A stretch of 64,000 bases of DNA from Pocillopora damicornis. Its lineage: Eukaryota. Both the position numbers and the translations under genes were made by a program. The stretch is taken from the NCBI RefSeq assembly GCF_003704095.1, contig NW_020846508.1:124001-188000 (forward strand). The letters are read 5' to 3'. This document shows, piece by piece, positions 56,701-64,000 of the stretch (within the stretch, counting starts at the first letter, position 1; the number at the start of each line of letters is the position of its first letter). The notes beneath the pieces are model-generated. The model was given only the letters and a program-made list of their open reading frames with translations. It searched no databases and had not been told where the DNA came from.

Positions 56701-59700
56701 TGGAGTATGCCCTTACCTATGAGTAAGTTTGATCAGTGCCATGCTGGTTGTTTCAAAGCTTTTTGTTCCCAAAGCATGGCAATATTTTCTTTGGTAAGCA
56801 GTTCTAATTACAGTACATCGTAGGTCAAAATGGTTTTCATAAAAGAAAACAGGCATGAGTTGTATAAATCACTATCCAGTGCATAAGTGATAGCAAAATG
56901 TATAGTGCTATCCACTGGATAGAGATTTATCCAGTGGATAGTGCTATCTGACCTTTTAACTACTGGGGCCTGGTATAAAACTGAGATGAAGAAAAGATTG
57001 TCTCTTCTTTCTTCAAGAAGAATCCTTTAGATCACTTTGCTTAGTGTTTTTATCTTTTCGGCATGTTTTGTGAAAACTTATTTTTTTTTGTCCTCTAATT
57101 TTCTAGTAGGCAATCAACCAGAGTGAAAACAAAAATAAAGTGAAGAGATCAGTCTTAGCTATACTTACTGATTTGTAGAATTAGTCCAACAAATTCAGCA
57201 CTTTGGATCATGTGACAATAACAATTTTATCTTATTGAGGAGGCGAATGACTGTCTTTTGTTAACTATGTGGCCTTCTCAACAGGTATATTTATAGAACA
57301 TACAATGACAAAGGTAAATGCACTCCTATTGGTGGTGCTCACAGGAGTGCCAGCTTGAGGACACACAACCTCCAAAAGCCTGCCAGGTTATACTGGGATG
57401 TAACTCCTAAACTTGCAGACATCATTGAAGATGCTGTCAAGTTTGCTCAAAAGGTATAGGTTTGCATTGCATTTTACAGTCAGTTAGTGTCAGCAAAATA
57501 AAGATTGTCAATTTATGGGCACAGAAAATTTAATTGTCCTTATCAAAGACCATGGAATCTCTCCAGGATTTCCTTAACATTTTTGTTGACAAGAGAACCC
57601 TTCCTCACCATTCTTCCTTGACCCTTTAATTCCCAGAAGTGATTATCATGTAACTACTTCCTATAATATCTATACATTATCCAGCAAACAGGTCGTGAGA
57701 ATACTCAAACTCATCAGGTACAAGATATTACCTTGATCGAACACCAAATTCTCGTAACCAATTACAAGGAAATGTGTGGCAGCTAGAGGGGAGAATTAAC
57801 AATCAGATCTCGAGAGTTAAGGGGTTAAACCACCATAAGCTTTTCATTCCTGATAACACAACTCTTAATAATCCCTCCTCTCCCTCACCTTTAAAGACTG
57901 AGTTAAGCAATTACTGACTTATTGAAACATGTAAACCAGAGGTTTTAGTTATTTTCTACTACAATTATTTTTTGTTGTGTTCCAGAATAATGAAGACATT
58001 CAGCATAAAGTTATAGTTCATGATGCATTTGGAAAAGGCTTCATCAAGAGTGTAAAGGTAGGCCTCTCAGTGTTGTGTTCAAAAAAAAAAAAGCTTTTTT
58101 GCACAAGGCAAGGACTTAGAAACTCTGAAAGTATAATGACAAACCTCTTTGTGCAGAATATTTCTGTGGAAATTATTTAGATGTTAAATTAACCTTTTCA
58201 CTTCCAAGATCTTGTTAGTAATTCTCTTCACTTTCTGTCATAAGATTCTCACCATGTCAGTTTGGAGAATTTGGTATGGATCAACTAATTATCCCTCAAT
58301 TGATATTTTTCTTTATTCTCATCACTTGGCTGCTTCCTGTAATATTGATATTGTGAGAGAAAATTGGGTCTTGGTCTCTCAAGGGAACTAAAGGCTTAAC
58401 TGGAAATATTTTGTCAGCATGAAAGAGTGTTTTCCTAGTCTTTATGTTGACTGCATGTGAAGCAATAGCAATCCATTTATAGAGTTTCATCTGTATTTCA
58501 AATTTTTTATCCTGATTTTTACAGATAAGTCCTGATGCTTTCATCCAGTTGGCTTTGCAACTTGCCTACTACAGAGACTCAAATGGAAGACATCCACTCA
58601 CATATGAATCCTCTATGACACGCCTGTACCTCCAAGGAAGGACAGAAACTGTGCGCAGTTTAACAATTGAAGCTAAAGATTTTGTTCTCGCCATGTTAGA
58701 TGACACAGTCCCACCTGAAGAAAAATATAAATTACTTCAAAAAGCTGCAGATCTTCATGCTAAGATGTACAAGGACTGTATGAATGGAAAAGGCATTGAT
58801 AGACATCTTTTTGCACTCTTTGTTGTGTGCAAAGGTCAAGGCTATGTAAGTCCAGGAATATATTTTACTTTAAGCTTTTGTAGCAGTCATTTTCATGCCT
58901 TGATCTAATGATATATTATTTATACCCTTTTGTGTCATTTTTGTCTTCTTCCTTGTCATGTGTAACAGGAGCTACAAGTTTTATTTGCAAACCCAGAAAG
59001 CCTTGAACATTTTTGTGTTCTAAGAAAACAAATCAAATGTTAGAAAACTAAACCGAAAACAGCAATGGTACATGTGTTGTTAGTTTGTGGTTTTAAGGTG
59101 TTCTTGTGTTTGGCCAGTACACAATTGATTTGTCATACTCGTATCAAAATCTTAATAGCTTTCTAAGACACAGTAATTAGCAGCTACCCCTAACACTTTC
59201 CTCACTTTTTTCATCATATATGTGCTTGAGAGATTGTCTTGTCAGGAGTAGAGTACTGGTCAATTTGCTTTGGAATGTTATGGAACTAGTCACACAATAT
59301 CAATAGCTATTAATCAATCCCCAGGAGAGTGAGTTCTTGAAAAGTGCATTAACCCTTCCATGGACACTGTCTACAAGCCAGCAGCCTCAACAACAAATGG
59401 CAGGTACCCACTTTAGTGTCACAGAGCCAGAACTTACACATTTGGTAAGATGATACACTCATTCATTACATTATTCATGTTAGTAGAATTAAGAGTAAGA
59501 TGATATTATGATTTCATAACCCCAAAGACAGAGACTTACTGGCCACTGTCTCTGGATCAAAAGGACTGGGTTGCAGCCTCAGCTGACCACTATGTTGTGT
59601 TCTTGTCCCTCTCTATCCATGATTGTGAATGGCAGGGAAACCCAATGAAATGCTGATGGGGTAATCCAGCCATGGGCTGGCATCCTGTCCAGTGGTGTAG

Positions 59701-60155
59701 CAACATTTTTTAGGAAACCAGTTTTAGAATACAAGTAATCTCTCTTTTCAACTCAGTCTATTTCAGAGGTAAAAAAAATATTGGATTCACTTATTTGGTT
59801 TTTTACAGCAGACTTAGAAAGAAATATATTTTTTGTATTTTAACTGAAAATTAGAGATTCATCGGTGAGAAAAAGGAGTAGAAAGAAGTATTAAGTCTAA
59901 CTCAAAATGCAGAGAATGTCAATGTCAGATATGATGTGTCCACAGATTTCCCCTGGAGGAGGTTTCGGTCCAGTTGCTGATGATGGTTATGGTGTTTCCT
60001 ACATGGTTCCTGATGATCACAGGATTTTCTTCCACATTTCTTCCAAGATATCATCAAAAGAGTCAAACTCTGACCGATTTGTCAAACTGTTGTTTGAAAG
60101 CCTTTCAGACATAAAAGCACTTCACGAAACAGTTAAAGCTAACAAGGCTAAATAA
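50750..60155 (+). CDS. CPT1: Carnitine O-palmitoyltransferase 1 (about 789 aa, 14 exons)
   Basis: Exons 50750-50883, 53136-53425, 53581-53792, 54137-54324, 54656-54787, 55057-55111, 55244-55370, 55928-56067, 56523-56722, 57285-57453, 57986-58057, 58525-58845, 59325-59444, 59946-60155 (2370 nt). MAEARAAV N-terminus, two TM segments, [16 protein letters not shown], catalytic [59 protein letters not shown]. Confidence 0.96.
56141..56352. mobile_element. MITE, subfamily B, in a CPT1 intron
   Basis: TAAACCCCTTTGCACC..CATATTCTCCATAC..GGAGAATTTGTTTGACAATCAAAGC..CTAGGGTTTGAA. Confidence 0.65.
56862..56972. repeat. Fragment of a palindromic TATCCAGTGGATA repeat element
   Basis: Repeated GCTATCCACTGGATAG / TATCCAGTGGATAGTGCTATC units ending in ACTGGGGCC. 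Confidence 0.6.
57618..57828. mobile_element. MITE, subfamily A, in a CPT1 intron
   Basis: TTGACCCTTTAATTCCC ... GAGTTAAGGGGTTAA. Confidence 0.8.
58189..58399. mobile_element. MITE, related TTAACC family, in a CPT1 intron
   Basis: TTAACCTTTTCACTTCC ... GGGAACTAAAGGCTTAA. Confidence 0.65.
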
Positions 60156-61693
60156 CCAGACAAGTAGTGATGTTTAAACTAAAAATTATAGTTGAACTGT
60201 TATTGGTATGGTTAGAAATTAGCAGAACTACTTTAGAATGCAGGTTGTGGTGTTTCATGAAATAATTTGCTGCAATGCAGTATATTTGATTTTTCCCACA
60301 ATGTTACATTGATACTGGGAAATATTGTTTCATTTTGAATTCAACTAGAACAAATTAAGGAAAAGGATTTTGAACCATTCTTGCCCCACAAAATGTCTCT
60401 ATAAAGTAAATTCAGTAAAGAGCCTCAGACCTAGAGTGCTAGAAAAAATGTTTTCTGTGTCTCTAGAAGGGCCATGAAGTAGCTCAAGAGAGCACATGAA
60501 ACACATCTCGTCAATGATTCAAAACATCCTGCTCTATACTCAGTGACAATTTCTTGTTACCCTGTATCCTGTATACAAATCTGGAATTACTTGGAATTGT
60601 TTTCCAAAGTATAAGTGGACAAACTTACCTCTACATGACCAATACCCTTAACCCTTTTACTCCTAGCAGACAGGTGGAGAGAATTTAAAACACAATCAGC
60701 TGTATTTAATCTTAAATTTTCCTGACTTACATGTGGAAAGTGCAGCTGCAGGACAAAAATAATAATTGAGGGTTTGAGAGAATTTCACCAGACTTGAGGA
60801 TTCAACCCATATTTTTTTAATACCACTAAATTTAAATGAAGGAGAATTCAAGATGATGTCCTAACTTCTCTTTTTTTGTGATGCTAAGTCATTGGATGGA
60901 TCTATTTTTTTATCATTAAGTCCAAACAGAAACATACAACTTAGGTTATATGCTTTTAAAGGGTCCTAATTATTGTTTCAAGCAACTTGCAGTGGGGTCA
61001 TGAGGTCATTGGTCCTCTTTTGATTGCATTGTTGATCGTTTTTCTGCTTTCATAACTTTCAATCACTTAAGGGGGAGAATGAGACCTGACCATAAGCTGC
61101 AAGAAGCCAATCAAAGGGGTGTTAAAAATTTTGAGCTTTCACAGATACACAACAACAAAAATGTTCAATCAAATAATTTATTTATTTCTTTTTAAGACTG
61201 TCAATATTTCATTTTTAATTTGCAAAGTGTTAGATTGTTACCTGTAGACGTTAGGTTTAAGAGTTTTACTGATACAGTGAATGCTTTTAGAGTGCTAGTG
61301 GAGATATTTTGCTTTGTGATGTGCTGAAATAAATCATTCAAAGATTTCAACAGAAATTTTTCTGTTTGAGTTCTCTGCCAACTAATTGTACTGTAGAACC
61401 TTCCCACCATAAACTTGGCTTACTTGAAGTTCTAGCTAAGTCAAAATCAATGTCCTTTCCATTCCTGAAGGTGAAATCTATTTTCTCTACAGTAGTTATC
61501 AAAGTCTTACTGCCTGTAGAGATCACATGACACACATATATCCAAAGTTTTCAGATGGAGATGAAAGTCACCAAAATGCAAATTGTTAGATAGTGTTTGC
61601 ACATTGTTCAAATCCAACAGATGAAAATCCCAGTCTTGATTGTAAAGCTTCTACCAATGATATAATTTCTTATCCTAATATCAAGGCCTCCTG

Positions 61694-63609
61694 TTATTGT
61701 TTCTTCTTTTCTTGTTTCATTTTTCTCTTTTCTTTTTTGGCTTTCTCCCTGTCATGGTTTGCCTTTAAAATCCGGTAAATAAAGAACACTGAAATCAACC
61801 ACATATCACAGAATCAGTATGTTAGAAAACTTAAAATACCTTGAGGATTTATTACTCTCTTTTTAATTGCTTGATTCCATTGAAAAAGACCCCAAAATGT
61901 AGATCTTTGAAATTTTTCCTTAGTATTTTCCCTTGTTTTAAGTGTGGCAGGTATGAAGAACTTACAAAGTGGTAGGGCAATTCTTTCACTCATTGAATTT
62001 CAAGAATTCCAAGTGATTTTAGGGGGTCAAAAGTGGTACTACAGGCAGTAAATTTCCCAGTCAACACCTGAAAATGTTGCTTGCTCACAAGTAATTTAAT
62101 AGAATGAAAAAAGGATTCCTATATTTGTTAATAAGAAGGAAGACATGTATATCATTTTTAAAGGTTTCTCTCTGTTTACCTTACATTTCTTAGAGACTAG
62201 AGCATAAATGAAAATACCAAACATCAAAAAAACTATTTATTGAACTGCTTCTTAATTAGAAACCAACAAAAAGTCTTTAAGGAACAACAAATCTAATAGG
62301 CAAGCAGATATTAGCAAAGCCAGCTTCAGTAGTTAGGAACCTAAATAGAAAATAGCACCAGATTGTTATGTCTAGTATGTTTTACTTGAACAACAAAAGA
62401 TTGGGTATTTGTTCTTGAAGTAAAAATCTTAAGCTGTGGGTTGAAAATAAATATAAGGATGTTTGGGCCTCGGTTCTCTTTTTAAGATTTCCTGTCACAT
62501 TTGGAACTAAATCCCCTTGTCAAGACCTGCAATCATCTTATTGCTAGGACTGTTGTAATATGATTTCTCTTCGTTGATGGTTTGCTTGTAGAGGGGCACC
62601 AAGAAAGTAAAATTAAGTGCTAGATTGGACATGGAGCTTATTAAGGTGACAATGGCCTTTTCTTGCTCTTTAATGGTTCCTCAAAAAAAAAGAAAAGAAA
62701 AAAAAAGGAACAAACATGAGCCACCTGGCTGGTTGCTTTATTCAGGGCAAACAGAGTCTTAGCCATTGGCTAGCAGAGAATTGAACAGAATGGCCCAATG
62801 TAATTTTTGAACCCACAGTAACTCTTAAAATTTAAAATTTCCCTACAAAATCCATGTACTTTCAGACCCAATGGGCAATAGACAAACTAGGCAACCAAGA
62901 GGCACTTGTATTCTTGATCTGAGAGCAAATTCTCTTTCTTAATTACAAGCAAGTGGTGGATGGCAGTTTCACGAGAGAATTTGATAATTGATGTAATCTG
63001 TGAAATTAAAAGGTTTGAAAGGAAACAACTACGAAAGTTTTTATCATCAAGATTGAGAAAAAATCTTAGATCATTAGCAAAACTACTACCTGTATTAAAT
63101 ATGCTCAAGACTATTGACCAAAACAACATTATGGGAACAACTTCATTACTGAATCAAAGCTAAATTAAGGGGACAACTTGAGTTTGTTCCTGCTCTGGAA
63201 GTTCATTCCTTTTTTTTAAATAGAACTGCGCGATCGACAGAAATTCTACCGTCACAAAACATGATCCTCTTACATGTCATAGGCTTCTAGGACGATTGTT
63301 ATCGTGAAGCATTTTTCTGTGTCGTGACACGAGTATGAATAGGATCATCATAGAAAGGTAGTATTTTAAAATAATTGTATGTTGTTAAAACACACTGAAC
63401 ATTTACTTAAAAAATGAGGAGAATAGTTTTTGGATAAGAATTTGTTCCAGCAAGTGTTACTGAGGATTAATGAACAGAATATGGATCAATGGCGATTGTA
63501 AGATTTATAACGGCTGATAGAAACTAATAAAAAGGAACTGAAAAATGATACAACTTACCAATTAAAAGGACTAGGAGAACTCCTGGTACAAGCAGAAGTT
63601 TTACATCAA
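61694..63609 (-). CDS. Last two exons of a small single-pass membrane protein with a Lys-rich tail (5' part not located)
   Basis: Exons 63609-63559 and 61788-61694 (GT-AG, phase 1) give ..DVKLLLVPGVLLVLLIVFFIYRILKANHDREKAKKEKRKMKQEKKKQ*. AATAAA (-) near 61180. Confidence 0.65.
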
Positions 63610-64000
63610 CTGAAAATTTTTCGTGAGATTTAGGATCGTTTAACTCAACCATTCTAAGAATATTAATTAACAAACTTTCCTCAGTTATCGATCAATGGAA
63701 CGACCGATGATCTATTGACGTGTGTATACGTGAGTAACCCACAGAGCACAACTATGTGACCAGGCTTGTGTATCAGAGTGCACAGGCCACCCAGGAATGA
63801 ACGCTATTGATGCCCTCGGTAGTTGGAACCAGGTCTCCGTTTAGTTGCAAATTTGAGCATGTTACATAGAGATTTGCCGTGTAATGATAAGTTATATAAG
63901 CGAAAAGTTGGCGAGGCAAATAGGTCTCATTTGTCTTTCAAATAGTTCTCGGATCTCCAGCTCCTCAGTCCCCCTCCCCTCCACCCCCTCCCTCCACCCT

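Noticed and set aside
62460-62680. Open frame after a strong polypyrimidine tract on the - strand, inside the last gene's intron
   Set aside because: It would split the predicted TM helix, has no good donor, and encodes no recognisable sequence.

Overview
This is AT-rich, intron-containing animal genomic DNA, not prokaryotic. The MITE and SINE families and the gene content suggest a stony coral or a related anthozoan (inference). There are five N-gaps. Hand-splicing on GT-AG sites gives, left to right: (1) an 11-exon gene with three U1/matrin-type zinc fingers and RGG regions, ZFR-like but lacking DZF (+); (2-3) a head-to-head pair of paralogous, TATA-driven, secreted cysteine-rich proteins with identical 3-exon structure and no family I recognise; (4) a divergent DHFR (+); (5) a single-exon ANKRD34-like gene (-); about 10 kb of gene-free, CpG-rich sequence; (6) a 98-aa leaderless single-Ig-domain gene (-) that the ORF track only partly captures; (7) PEX11G (+), with a LINE-in-MITE nest and a long hairpin in intron 1; (8) a second, canonical DHFR (-) sharing a 277-bp bidirectional promoter with (9) a 14-exon CPT1 (+); and (10) the 3' exons of a small single-TM protein with a basic tail (-). 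About a dozen TTAA/CCCT-ended MITE copies and other non-autonomous elements are scattered through introns. The best novelty candidates are the secreted Cys-rich pair, the two anciently duplicated DHFRs and the standalone Ig microprotein. All exon models are manual predictions without transcript evidence.
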